NCBI GenBank assembly: GCA_043228905.1
Contig: JBHGNT010000011.1
Span: 11,098,001 to 11,162,000 of the forward strand
Source of the DNA: Azolla caroliniana
Lineage: Eukaryota; Plantae; Polypodiophyta
Length of the DNA stretch: 64,000 nt
Reading direction: 5' to 3'
Shown: one piece after another, positions 27,201 through 36,881 of the stretch
Position numbering within the stretch: the stretch's first letter is position 1
Layout of the letters: every line of letters begins with the position of its first letter
The notes under the pieces: generated by a model
Databases searched by the model: none
What the model was told of the DNA's origin: nothing
Seen by the model: the letters and a program-made list of their open reading frames with translations, nothing else
Made by a program: the position numbers and the translations under genes

Positions 27201-27404
27201 CCAGACGAAGCTGGTAATAACTACGATGACATCTCGACCGAAGAACCCATCAAAGCCACTAACAATAATGTGTTCATTTCTAGCGATGGACTTAGGCCAT
27301 GCATAAATGTGCATGGTACTGAAAGTCTCGTCGTTGATATCAATAATGTAGCCCCTTTCGAGCCCCTTGAACTCGAAGCTACCAATGCTGACTACCAACG
27401 ATAA
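24285..27404 (+). CDS. CCR3: CRINKLY4-family receptor-like Ser/Thr kinase (CCR3-like), single exon
   Basis: Open frame with first ATG at 24285. Hydrophobic signal anchor; about 7 crinkly/RCC1-like repeats (e.g. LALGDRHSCGI...VLCWG); Cys-rich segment; TM helix LVALAALGSLGALLGLFTLGWCLW; kinase motifs VAIK, FLSRLHHKHLV, HRDIKSSNILL, DFG, GTLGYMDPEYY. Confidence 0.93.
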   Translation: MINTIFLSSTSPHHRHHAHPIGSHNSTTPLITSFHCFTTTSSSSSPCHKHCHSFLPHNIWAPHSILILVLMAFFVMNNSSIDVASGMGTMSTIATAYDSKGGAYVCGIMQGSLQNIQCWSSSSSSNSNTELYTRQKSSSYDEEKGGSGGSSSSSNSSSNGHVELVSPSSKPFVGISGGKGTLCGIRADTSRPLCWETNNLTSPKRLKDLPFSSIVTGGQQVCGLSSSVTVTETEPEPGRDPEPTPLQNPSNTTFAFCWRNKSLTQDTPSRQPFSMLASGVGFVCGLTPYPISTVQCWEAGGEGRLSGFGSALASASNPYDDDGADATISHWPNATFWAIQAGARHACGITPAFNVQCWGERSYGQARPPDGRQFLALALGDRHSCGIEAFSRAVLCWGDNTQGQATSPPSSLPPFLSISAADFFTCGILSNLSVFCWGGPVFKSDGFLLPLDLAIPSPCTALPCASGSFGRSNFNSTASSSSSKICSSPLLHVCTPCRIGCQGSSTQTSECTPQHDITCSMAEPPLTAAPGPGPTTTAIRVIEEEGKLSKPLVALAALGSLGALLGLFTLGWCLWMKLCRRPVDASQGRVHNNSVAGTAVPATSLSTPPTRPIRRQRSSTSAARARGDTTPGKAQAFSIAEMMAATLDFSDENKIAAGSFGFVYRGILADGTEVAIKRREKETVSNDRKMEEKESAFESELEFLSRLHHKHLVSLVGYCDEEDERMLVYEYMPNGTLHDHLHGRSGLSDAMEVLPWQMRIKIALEAARGVEYLHTYAIPPIIHRDIKSSNILLDGAWNARVSDFGLSTRGPAEDSHLSLMAAGTLGYMDPEYYRLQHLTIKSDVYSFGVVLLEILTGERAIHKQSHGPVNIVDFAVPRILNHSLASILDQRPGVPRANELKALEMIGQLAATCVQLEGKGRPTMTDIVAVLEEAMACGSNVQSRSQSAAAFSTQHAPRDKPGVPFAHGLDAIPDEAGNNYDDISTEEPIKATNNNVFISSDGLRPCINVHGTESLVVDINNVAPFEPLELEATNADYQR

Positions 27405-29099
27405 CCTTTTTCTGAACTTGTTGCATTAGGTTGGTCGAAAAGTTTAGGTACCTCATGCCTCGCATTGAGGTGCATGTGGTTCAAGTTCGAATCCAAGATC
27501 AGGGTCAGGGAGAAGAAACAAATGACAAGCTGGATTTGGTTTTTTTGAACTTCCTCTATATGCAAGCAACCCTTTTAGGGACTGACATCCTTCTAATTTA
27601 AAAAGCAATGTAATCCATCCATTCTTTTCTTGTACCATATTTTTTTGAGACCTAGAGTAACACAAATAAAGAGTGGTGCAGCACTCCTATATACATTTTA
27701 ATGTCATTGGAGTTTTGTTTGGTTTGTTGTAAGTGCAAGTGTCAACATTGTTCACACACATACTTACATAGAGACGCTGATATTGATGTTGTCAAGAATC
27801 CAAGATGTAGCCAAAAAAGCCTCTATGACGGCCTAAAGTACATGGAGATAATGTGTATTCACAGAATGTTCAATTGTTTTAAACAAAAACACAGCAACTA
27901 TTTTCATCATAGATATAGACTGTGAGATATCTCTTTTAAAAACCACCAACAATAGGCATGGCCTGACCAAAGCCAATGTTGTGTAATGGTAGACATGGTG
28001 TTAGGAGTTTTCTATCTGGAATCCTAGTGTTCCGATTTGGAATTCTAACATTCTGTGGAACGTTTCACAAGTAATAGCATCAATAATAAGTATGTGTTAT
28101 TGCTTTATGCTAAACCAAACCATTTGGACTAGCAGTTGGCATACTTGGAGCTAATCATCATGCTAATTAACATAGTATTTGGCAATCCCAATAAGTAAAT
28201 ATGACACATTGTTTTCTCCTTGAAAAAATCGAAGTATGAACTAGACAGCGATTTTATTTTGCCTTGGATGAGCATTCAATTGTCTATAAATAAATAAAAA
28301 TTGATGGTCATTGTGTGTCTAATTTGATGCTTTATATGCGTATTTGTACCTTTCCGATCAATGTAGGCATTCTAATTCTACTACAATTCTAACAAAAGAT
28401 GTCCGTTGTATAATATACCATATAATATTAAATAGACAAAGCCATTTAACGTAAAGATATTGTCTAGGTAATCACGTATACCAATTATTATACATGATAT
28501 ATTTAATAAAGTGTGATCTTTTGGAGACATTTTGGAACAGTCTACAGTCACTACATGTTATCATCGACATGTTGAGGCTCTATTCAGATCGAGACGGTAG
28601 CTGATTGAAATATTCATGTTTGCCCTTACACAAGCATAGTGATTCCCACTCAAAGTATACTGAGTCCCATTCGCATAAGTTACAATCCTATTTTTAGATG
28701 GAGAAAATTCAAGGTTATGAAAGAGTTCCAAATGTGGCAATATACTCTCGCCCTTCTTACATTTGTGGTGGATATTTTGCTCAATTCCCATATTGCCTTC
28801 TATACACATTTTCGAATGTATATACAAAATTAGTGATCGCGCCACAATGACAGTGATCCTCTACTTTTAATTAAAATATCGGACATTACTACTCGGTACT
28901 TATCACAATACAAATGTCGGTTACCATTTGGATTAGTTAGTTCCCTGCTTTGAGAAACACCCTAGAAAATATTGAGCTAAGACTTTCCGAGCGACAATGA
29001 AACTTGAAGAGTAAGCGAGGGGGGATGCGGAAAACACAATCCTTTTATATGTTGTGCCATGCTTCCAATTGAAGGAAGCTCCCAGTTATTGTCATATTG

Positions 29100-29100
<1 letters not shown>

Positions 29101-29135
<35 letters not shown>
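29101..29135. repeat. (CA)n microsatellite upstream of callose synthase
   Basis: Seen directly. Confidence 0.9.
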
Positions 29136-29136
<1 letters not shown>

Positions 29137-29393
29137 TAGGATATAACAAACGTCTTGCAACTGCCGAAGGCCTCCAATCAACAAACAGGCCCTTAGCACT
29201 CACACAAACACAAACACATACACATACACACAAGATAGTGCATGCAGCTTTTGAACTGCCCCAAGTCCTTGTTATTGGATGAAGGATTGACGGTGGTGGT
29301 CGTGGTCATGGTGATGGCATTGAATCTTCCCAAGTGAAGAAGACCCTATGGCATGCTTCTGAGCAAAAGGAAACGCAAAGTATAACGGAAGGC

Positions 29394-32300
29394 ATGGGAA
29401 CAATATCTAGGTCATCATCAGCCACCGAGGCCGAAAGAGCCGAGTACAACATCCTGGATTTGTCGGCATCTGGATTGAAAGCAGCATTCCCTGCAATTCA
29501 ACAAGCATCTGCAGCTCTACGGCCTGATTACCTGTCTGCATTCCCATCTTCATCATCGTCTCCACTACCCGATATCATGGATTGGCTTGGCGGCCAGTTC
29601 GGCTTCCAACAAGATAATGTGCGGAACCAGCGTGAGCACGTCGTGCTCCTCCTAGTCAATCATCTCTTGCGCACCAAGCAGGAGGCCGGGGGCCATGGCG
29701 ATGCTTCCCATAATGATGCTCGGCAATTACAGGACTCCATCGCCTTCCTCCATAGCAAGTTGCTCGAGAATTACAGGAAATGGTGCTCCTTCCTCGGCAA
29801 GAAACCTGAGGACTATGATCCTGGCTTTCGCCTTGTCTACCCTTGCCTCTACCTCCTCATCTGGGGAGAGGCATCCAACCTTCGATTCATGCCGGAATGC
29901 CTGTGCTACATCTTCCACAACATGGCCCGCACTGCGAACAAGACATTGCAAGGCGAAGATGATCCCGAGGAAGGCAATGTGCCACCAGACTTCTTGCAAG
30001 ACATCATCACACCCATCTATGTCGCAGTATCCCGCGAGTCGGAAGGCTCCAGGAATGGCAGAGCTCCTCATTCTTCATGGCGGAACTACGACGACATGAA
30101 CGAGTTCTTCTGGAGCAGACATTGCTTCTCGCAGCTCAAATGGCCTATCAACACAGGGAGCGACTATCTGGAGGGTGTGCCATCGATCCTCCAAGGACAG
30201 AGAGAAAAGGAGCAATGGAGGAGAGAGAAGGTGATCCTCCAAAGGCATTCCGCAGGACAGAGAGAAAAGGAGCAATGGAGGAGAGAGAAGGTGATCCTCC
30301 AAAGGCATTCCGCAGGACAGAGAGAAAAGGAGCAATGGAGGAGAGAGAAGGTGAGGCGATCGAAGCTGATGGGATTCAAAGTCGGCTTCGTGGAGCAGAG
30401 ATCATTCTGGAACATCTTCCATAGCTTCCCACGCCTCTGGATCGCCCAGATCCTTCTCCTTCAAACCCTCATCATGTTGGCTTTCCTGGGGGATGGGGAA
30501 TGGCCATGGCGATCAGTGCGTGACAGAGACAACCAGGTCAAGTTGCTCTATGCCTTCGTCACATGGGCTGGGCTCCTCACCCTGCAAGCTTTCCTCACCA
30601 TCGTGACGCAGTTCACTCTCATATCCAGGAGCACCAAGCTCCTGGCATTGCGAATGGTCCTCAAGCTCCTCACATCCATGGGATGGACAGCCATTTTCAG
30701 CATAATGCTAGCAAGGATTGAAGAGCAAAGGGCCCGGGACCCCCCCACAGCTCAGTGGTCTCAGCGATCCAATCTCGTGCTCTTCCAGTTCCTCGAGGCT
30801 GTGGGGATCTTCCTGCTCCCCGAATTCATGGCCTTCATTCTCTTCTTCATGCCGCCCATCGCCAACCTCCTCGAGAACTCTGACTGCAAACCCATCCGAA
30901 TCCTCTCGTGGTGGTTCTACACGAGGACATTCGTGGGGCGCGGCTTACACCAAGATCTCTTCGCAACCCTAACATACACGCTGTTCTGGATCGTCGTCCT
31001 CATTGCCAAGGTCTCGTTCAGCTATGCGGTCCAGATACGGCAGCTCATCGAGCCCACGCACGACCTCCTCGGCCTCAAGAATGTGCCGTATGAATGGTAT
31101 GTGTTCTTCAGAACAGGCAACATGTTCGAAGTGTTCCTACTGTGGGCACCTGTGCTCTTGATCTACTTGATGGACATACAGATATGGTACTCCATCTTCT
31201 CATCCATATATGGGCTAATGGTTGGGCTGTTGTCTCACATCGGAGACATTCGAAACATGCAGCAGTTCCGGCTGCGCTTCCCCTTCTTCGCCAGTGCAGT
31301 CACGTTTAACCTCATTGCAGACGAGGCCGAATCCAGCAGAGCACTGCGATTGCAGCGTAGCTCGAAGCTCCACGACATGGTGAAAAGGTTGGCGATCAGA
31401 TATGGATTCGACAAGCACTACCTGAGGCCTACGGGTTCGAAACAACTGGAATTCCAGAGGTTCGCACTGCTATGGAACCACGTGATCCACCTGTTGAGGG
31501 AAGAAGACCTTCTGAGCAACATGGAGAGAGAGATGCTGACAATACCACAATTCAGGGAGGACATCCCCTGCGTACAATGGCCAGTGGTGCTCCTGTCCAA
31601 CGAGCTCACCAAAGCCCTAAGGATCGCCATGAAGTGGAAGGATGAGGACACCAAGAAGCTGTGGAATAAGATCAGAAACGACGATTACCGGAAGCTGGCC
31701 GTGATAGAAGTCTTTCACACCGTAAAGTACATCCTGTTGAAGCTCGTCCATGACAACTGCAGGAAAGCAGTGGAAAGTGTGATCGGTCCAATCCAGGCCC
31801 ACTGCGAGAAGGGGGATTTCCTTGAGAAGTTCAGAGTGAAGGAGCTGAAACGAGTGCACTCGCTGGTGGTGTTGTTGTTAGGGTCGCTCCTCCGATACAA
31901 GGCCAAAAGCCTGGAGCTGGAAAGGGAGGAGATAAACATAGCTTACATGGATGTGATGGAGGTGCTGGTGAAGGACCTTCCGAAACCGGATTTGGACGAC
32001 AGGAATAATCATCCAGAGAAACAGCTGGAAGGGCTCTCGATGGAGCAGAAAACGCTGGAGGAAGGCGAGGAGAAGTCGGAGTTCTGGCAGCGGGTGAGAA
32101 GGATACATTCCATGGTGTCCATGGAGGAGAACATGGCTACCGTCCCACGCAACCTGGAGGCTCGACGCCGCCTCGCCTTCTTCGGGAACTCGCTCTTCAT
32201 GAATCTGCCCAAAGCACCCCCTGTGGAAAGGGCGATGGCCTTCAGCGTCCTCATCCCTCACTACCTCGAGGATGTCCTCTACCAGAAGAACCAGTTAGAT

Positions 32301-34826
32301 ATTGAGAATGAGGATGGCATAAAGATCATGTACTACCTGCAGAAGGTATTCCCGGACGAGTGGGAGAACTTTCAGGAGAGATTAAAAGGCCGCAACAATG
32401 GTAGCAATCAAAACAACCACAACCAGCTGTGGGCTTCCTTCAGAGGCCAGACCTTGGCTCGCACGGTGCGCGGCATGATGTATTACAAGGAAGCTCTGGA
32501 GCAATTGGGTCACCTCGAGAAGAATACATGGATGGCATCATCATCATCATCATCGGGCCATGGCCGGCACTGGCAGCAGGAGCAGGAGCAGCAGCAGCAG
32601 CAGGAGCAGCAGCAGGAGCAGGAGCAGGAGCAGCAGCAGCAGGTGAGCAGTGAAGAGAGAGGCATGGCGCTCCTCAAGTTCAACCTCATCATCGCATCCC
32701 AGACGTATGGAGAGCTGAAAAGGAAAGGGGATGTGAGAGCTGCAGACATAGGCTCGCTGATGCAGAAGTATCCAGCGATGAGGGTAGCATATATGGATGA
32801 GGAAGAAGAGAGGGGGACGAAGAAATACTACTCTGTTCTTGTGAAGTATGAGAAATCCCAGGGAAAAGAAAAAGAGGTGGAGGTGTACAGGATCCGGCTG
32901 CCAGGCCCATTCAAGCTAGGCGAAGGCAAGCCTGAGAATCAGAACCAGGCCATCATCTTCACGCGAGGAGAAGCACTCCAGGCCATTGACATGAACCAAG
33001 AGAACTACTTCGAGGAGGCCCTCAAGATGAGGAACCTCCTTCAAGAGCTGTGCAAGCCGAGCCCGGCACCCCCCCGCATACTGGGCATCCGCGAACACGT
33101 CTTCACGGGCTCCGTGTCTTCCGTCGCCTTCTTCATGTCCGCGCAGGAGACGAGCTTCGTCACGCTCGGCCAACGCGTCCTGGCCGACCCGCTCCGCGTG
33201 CGGATGCATTATGGCCACCCCGACGTGTTCGACCGCCTCTGGTTCTTGTCGAGGGGCGGCATCAGCAAGGCGTCCCGAGGGATCAACATCAGTGAAGACA
33301 TCTACGCGGGCTTCAACTGCACGCTCCGTGGAGGCCGCGTGACCCATCACGAGTACATCCAGGTGGGCAAGGGGAGAGACCTCGGGCTCAACCAGATCGC
33401 TACCTTCGAGGCCAAGGTCTCGGGCGGCAATGGTGAGCAGACCTTGAGCCGAGACGTGTACCGCCTCGGCCACTCTCTCGACTTCGCCCGCATGACCTCG
33501 TTCTATTACACGAGCATCGGTTTCTACTTCAACAACTTGCTCATCGTCCTCGCCGCATTTGTGTACATGTGGAGCCGCATATACCTCGGGCTGAGCGGGA
33601 TTGAGAAGGACCTATCCAGCCATGAGCTCGGCAATGCGGCCCTCGTAGCCAGCCTCAACCAGCAATTCGTGCTCCAGATCGGGCTGCTTACATCCGTCCC
33701 CCTGCTCCTCGAGAGCTCGCTCGAGCACGGCTTCTCGGAGGCGATGTGGCGCTTCCTGCTCATGCAGCTCCAGCTTTGCTCTGTCTTCTACACATTCTCC
33801 ATGGGCACCAAGGGCCACTACTACGGGAGGACGGTGCTCCACGGCGGGGCGGGATACAAGGGCACGGGCCGCGGCTTCGCCGTGATGCGCGAGAGCTTTG
33901 TCCACAACTACTGTATGTATTCGCGGAGCCATTTCGTGAAAGGCATCGAGCTCAGCATCCTCCTCATCATATACGACACGTACAGCACGATAACGAGGAG
34001 GAGCGTGGGATATGTGCTCACGACATTCTCCTTCTGGTTCCTCGCGCTCTCGTGGATACTCGGGCCATTTGTGTTCAACCCATCGGGGTTCGACTGGTTG
34101 AGGATGGTGTACGACTACAACGAATTCATGGTGTGGTTATGGCAACGAAAAGGGGTGTCGAGGAAAGCCGATGAGAGCTGGGAGGTGTGGTGGAACCAAG
34201 AGCTGGACCATCTCAACTCAACAGGGCTATGGGGGAAGCTGGTGGAGGTAGTGTTGAGCTCCAGGTTCCTCCTCATACAGTATGGCATGGTGTACAGGCT
34301 GAAGATGGCATCACATAACAAGAGCATCCTAGTGTACCTAGTCTCATGGACCTACGTTGTTGCGGCGATTGTGGTGTACATAGTCGTGGCAAGGGCAGCC
34401 GACAAGTATGAGGCGAGGAAGCACATCTACTACCGGTGCATACAGATGATCGTGCTGCTCTTAGTAGCCATGGTCATCGTGGTCTTGGTGGTCCTGACCG
34501 ACTTCGGGTTCGTGGACCTTTTCGTGAGCATGCTTGCATTCTTGCCCACTGGATGGGGCCTACTGTGTATGGCTGTGGCCTTCAAGCCTTACCTCGAGGA
34601 CACTTCTGTGTGGATGGTCGTGTCCAACGTTGCACGTCTCTATGACTTCGCCATGGCCCTCATCGTCATGGTCCCCGTCGCCATACTCTCGTGGCTCCCC
34701 GACTTCCAGAGTATGCAAACCCGCATCTTGTTCAACCAGGCATTCAGCCGAGGCCTCCAAATCTCAAAGATCCTTACTGGCAAGAAATCTAGGACACTTG
34801 TCAACCCCTCTAATAAAAGAGCCTAG
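29394..34826 (+). CDS. CALS12: Callose synthase (1,3-beta-glucan synthase, GT48), GSL1/GSL5 (CalS11/12)-type, single exon
   Basis: Open frame of about 1810 codons from ATG 29394. Motifs FGFQQDNVRNQREH, YLLIWGEASNLRFMPECLCYIFH, WRNYDDMNEFFW, EARRRLAFF, RGQTLARTVRGMMYY, GEGKPENQN, RMHYGHPD, INISEDIYAG, QTRILFNQAFSRGLQIS. It lacks the long N-terminal domain of the intron-rich clade. Confidence 0.95.
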   Translation: MGTISRSSSATEAERAEYNILDLSASGLKAAFPAIQQASAALRPDYLSAFPSSSSSPLPDIMDWLGGQFGFQQDNVRNQREHVVLLLVNHLLRTKQEAGGHGDASHNDARQLQDSIAFLHSKLLENYRKWCSFLGKKPEDYDPGFRLVYPCLYLLIWGEASNLRFMPECLCYIFHNMARTANKTLQGEDDPEEGNVPPDFLQDIITPIYVAVSRESEGSRNGRAPHSSWRNYDDMNEFFWSRHCFSQLKWPINTGSDYLEGVPSILQGQREKEQWRREKVILQRHSAGQREKEQWRREKVILQRHSAGQREKEQWRREKVRRSKLMGFKVGFVEQRSFWNIFHSFPRLWIAQILLLQTLIMLAFLGDGEWPWRSVRDRDNQVKLLYAFVTWAGLLTLQAFLTIVTQFTLISRSTKLLALRMVLKLLTSMGWTAIFSIMLARIEEQRARDPPTAQWSQRSNLVLFQFLEAVGIFLLPEFMAFILFFMPPIANLLENSDCKPIRILSWWFYTRTFVGRGLHQDLFATLTYTLFWIVVLIAKVSFSYAVQIRQLIEPTHDLLGLKNVPYEWYVFFRTGNMFEVFLLWAPVLLIYLMDIQIWYSIFSSIYGLMVGLLSHIGDIRNMQQFRLRFPFFASAVTFNLIADEAESSRALRLQRSSKLHDMVKRLAIRYGFDKHYLRPTGSKQLEFQRFALLWNHVIHLLREEDLLSNMEREMLTIPQFREDIPCVQWPVVLLSNELTKALRIAMKWKDEDTKKLWNKIRNDDYRKLAVIEVFHTVKYILLKLVHDNCRKAVESVIGPIQAHCEKGDFLEKFRVKELKRVHSLVVLLLGSLLRYKAKSLELEREEINIAYMDVMEVLVKDLPKPDLDDRNNHPEKQLEGLSMEQKTLEEGEEKSEFWQRVRRIHSMVSMEENMATVPRNLEARRRLAFFGNSLFMNLPKAPPVERAMAFSVLIPHYLEDVLYQKNQLDIENEDGIKIMYYLQKVFPDEWENFQERLKGRNNGSNQNNHNQLWASFRGQTLARTVRGMMYYKEALEQLGHLEKNTWMASSSSSSGHGRHWQQEQEQQQQQEQQQEQEQEQQQQVSSEERGMALLKFNLIIASQTYGELKRKGDVRAADIGSLMQKYPAMRVAYMDEEEERGTKKYYSVLVKYEKSQGKEKEVEVYRIRLPGPFKLGEGKPENQNQAIIFTRGEALQAIDMNQENYFEEALKMRNLLQELCKPSPAPPRILGIREHVFTGSVSSVAFFMSAQETSFVTLGQRVLADPLRVRMHYGHPDVFDRLWFLSRGGISKASRGINISEDIYAGFNCTLRGGRVTHHEYIQVGKGRDLGLNQIATFEAKVSGGNGEQTLSRDVYRLGHSLDFARMTSFYYTSIGFYFNNLLIVLAAFVYMWSRIYLGLSGIEKDLSSHELGNAALVASLNQQFVLQIGLLTSVPLLLESSLEHGFSEAMWRFLLMQLQLCSVFYTFSMGTKGHYYGRTVLHGGAGYKGTGRGFAVMRESFVHNYCMYSRSHFVKGIELSILLIIYDTYSTITRRSVGYVLTTFSFWFLALSWILGPFVFNPSGFDWLRMVYDYNEFMVWLWQRKGVSRKADESWEVWWNQELDHLNSTGLWGKLVEVVLSSRFLLIQYGMVYRLKMASHNKSILVYLVSWTYVVAAIVVYIVVARAADKYEARKHIYYRCIQMIVLLLVAMVIVVLVVLTDFGFVDLFVSMLAFLPTGWGLLCMAVAFKPYLEDTSVWMVVSNVARLYDFAMALIVMVPVAILSWLPDFQSMQTRILFNQAFSRGLQISKILTGKKSRTLVNPSNKRA
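30194..30354 (+). repeat. In-frame 60-bp tandem repeat (about 2.7 copies) within callose synthase
   Basis: Identical units encoding GQREKEQWRREKVILQRHSA. Confidence 0.97.
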
Positions 34827-35662
34827 TCGTGACTCCGCACCACGAACTTTCTTTGTTCTTGTTCCTTGTCTTCATTGTATCTAACATCACTAAACATATC
34901 ATTCTCCATTGTGTATTAAGACATTTGGGTTCCATCTTGGGTATCATGTTAAGATAATGTTGGTCAATGGTAACTACGCGTTCCAAATGAAAATGCATTC
35001 ACGAATACCATACTACTACTTCAACCAGAACACCCTCTCGTGATCATCTAATAGCAACCTTTAGGACCATTGTAAAAGACATTGTGGCAAAATAGTACTT
35101 GAATTTGCTTATCTGCCTTGGCGAGGCACTGGATCATGGCCTTGTCTAGATTCACACAAGAAAGGTTCCGTACCACTAGGGAGCGTAATCCAACTTTCTA
35201 CCATTCGATAGATTGCCATGCTTTTGTATTAGTGTGCACTCTAGACCATTATATGACAATGACCAACTTTTGACACACGTGTTGGAAGTTCTATTAAGGT
35301 TTTTCTATCTTTCAAGAATAATCTAAGTAATTTTCCTTTGTAATCTAGTGTCGTTCAATAGCTAGTTGATCATTATAAAGTGACCAACTTCTAAAGCTTA
35401 CGTTGGAAGTTTTATTAGCACTTTTTGTATCATTGAAGTGTAATTTAAGCAATCTTTCTAAATTTAAGCAATCTTCCTTTGTATCTGAGTGCCAGCTATT
35501 ATATAAAACGATCGTCAATTTTGATTTCTTGAAGATGAATTAAATAACATTGCACTATGTTGTCCATCTATCAGTCAAGAATAAAATGGAAAACATAAGT
35601 ACGTAATTCAATCAGGTTATTATTAAAAATGTGATATAATTGAATTGACGCATTTTATACCC

Positions 35663-35978
35663 CCTTACTCAAGTGGAGTTGTTACGGGTTCGAGACCCAA
35701 TTTTCTCACCTCTCTATTACTCCATACATATTAGATACTAATGTGGAATGCAGGGGTTGAACCCATGACCTTCTAGTCTCCATTGGTATCTCTCTCTCTT
35801 TTCTTTACTTTATTATAATTAGCTTACACTAGTGGTAAGTTGATAACACTACAAGCATTGCGTCTTGGGTTCAAAACCGAATTTTCTTGCCTCTTAATTC
35901 ACTAGATGCCACTGTGGAATGTAGGGGTTGAACCCATGACCACCTGGTTTCCATTGGGCAACCTTACCAACTACGATA

Positions 35979-36016
<38 letters not shown>

Positions 36017-36428
36017 AGAACACAAAGTTTTATTAATAATTGTGTTTGAAAAACACTACTTACATGGGTGTCACAATGGATTATGGACACCCACTAACTA
36101 CATGGGTAGTGGAACGTGTTGAATTGTGAATAGGCAAGACGAACACTCTACTAAGGAAGGAATTTCCACTTGCTCTAATAAAGAAAATTGTCACATTAGT
36201 ATTGCTCCTCTCTCTCTCACTCTTTTAATCGTTATTAGCTTATCGTAGTGGTAAGTTGTTAACACTACAAGCACTACATCTTGGGTTCGATACCCAATTT
36301 TCTCACCTCTCTATTATATACTTCATACATATCTCTTAATTCACTGGATGCCACCGTGGAATGTAAGGGTTCAACCCATGACCACTTGGTCTCCATTGGC
36401 CACCCTTACCAACTGAGCTACATCCATC
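35663..36428. repeat. Three copies of a unit with two convergent tRNA-like (SINE-like) heads
   Basis: The minus-strand head (about 36355-36428) has an A box TAGCTCAGTTGG and a B-box-like GGGTTGAACCC. The plus-strand head has TAGTGGTAAG...GGGTTCGATACC. Units lie at about 35663-35790, 35820-35980 and 36236-36428. Confidence 0.6.
36013..36204 (-). mobile_element. 3' stub of the same L1 family as 15144-20600
   Basis: Aligns with 15144-15346 and is flanked by (CT)n on both sides. Confidence 0.88.
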
Positions 36429-36452
36429 TAGGCTCTCTCTCTCTCTCTCTCT

Positions 36453-36826
36453 TTTTATAAATAATGGCTTTGATTACGAAAGAAAAAACACCACCATGAG
36501 TAACTTACAACAAACTATAGAACCCCTTCTATCTAGGGATCTAAAGAAAACTATGACACCAAACTCAATGCCACCCTACACACCAATTCAAATGGCGAAT
36601 ATGATGATATGTGACCTTGCAAAATTCTCTCTCTTCCTGGTTGAGATTTCGTGACTTCTCTAGCACTGTCAATTGTCACAAAAGAAGTCCTTTTAACTTT
36701 AGAACATATTTTCTCACCCCCACATGCGAATAAAAAATGAAGGCATTCCGCGTATTCCAATTGAACGATAAGCCCCCAATACCTCAAGAACTCAAAAATA
36801 ATTTGAGAATGAGGCATTGGTTCATT

Positions 36827-36828
<2 letters not shown>
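36453..36828 (-). mobile_element. 3' stub of another L1-like LINE
   Basis: The minus strand encodes WNTRNAFIF, resembling the L1 ORF2 C-terminal W-x-x-R-N motif. Flanked by (CT)n. Confidence 0.6.
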
Positions 36829-36870
<42 letters not shown>

Positions 36871-36881
36871 TCTCTCTCTCT

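Noticed and set aside
36355-36428. Functional tRNA gene
   Set aside because: It has A/B-box-like motifs but no convincing cloverleaf or acceptor stem, and it occurs as divergent repeats. Treated as SINE-like.
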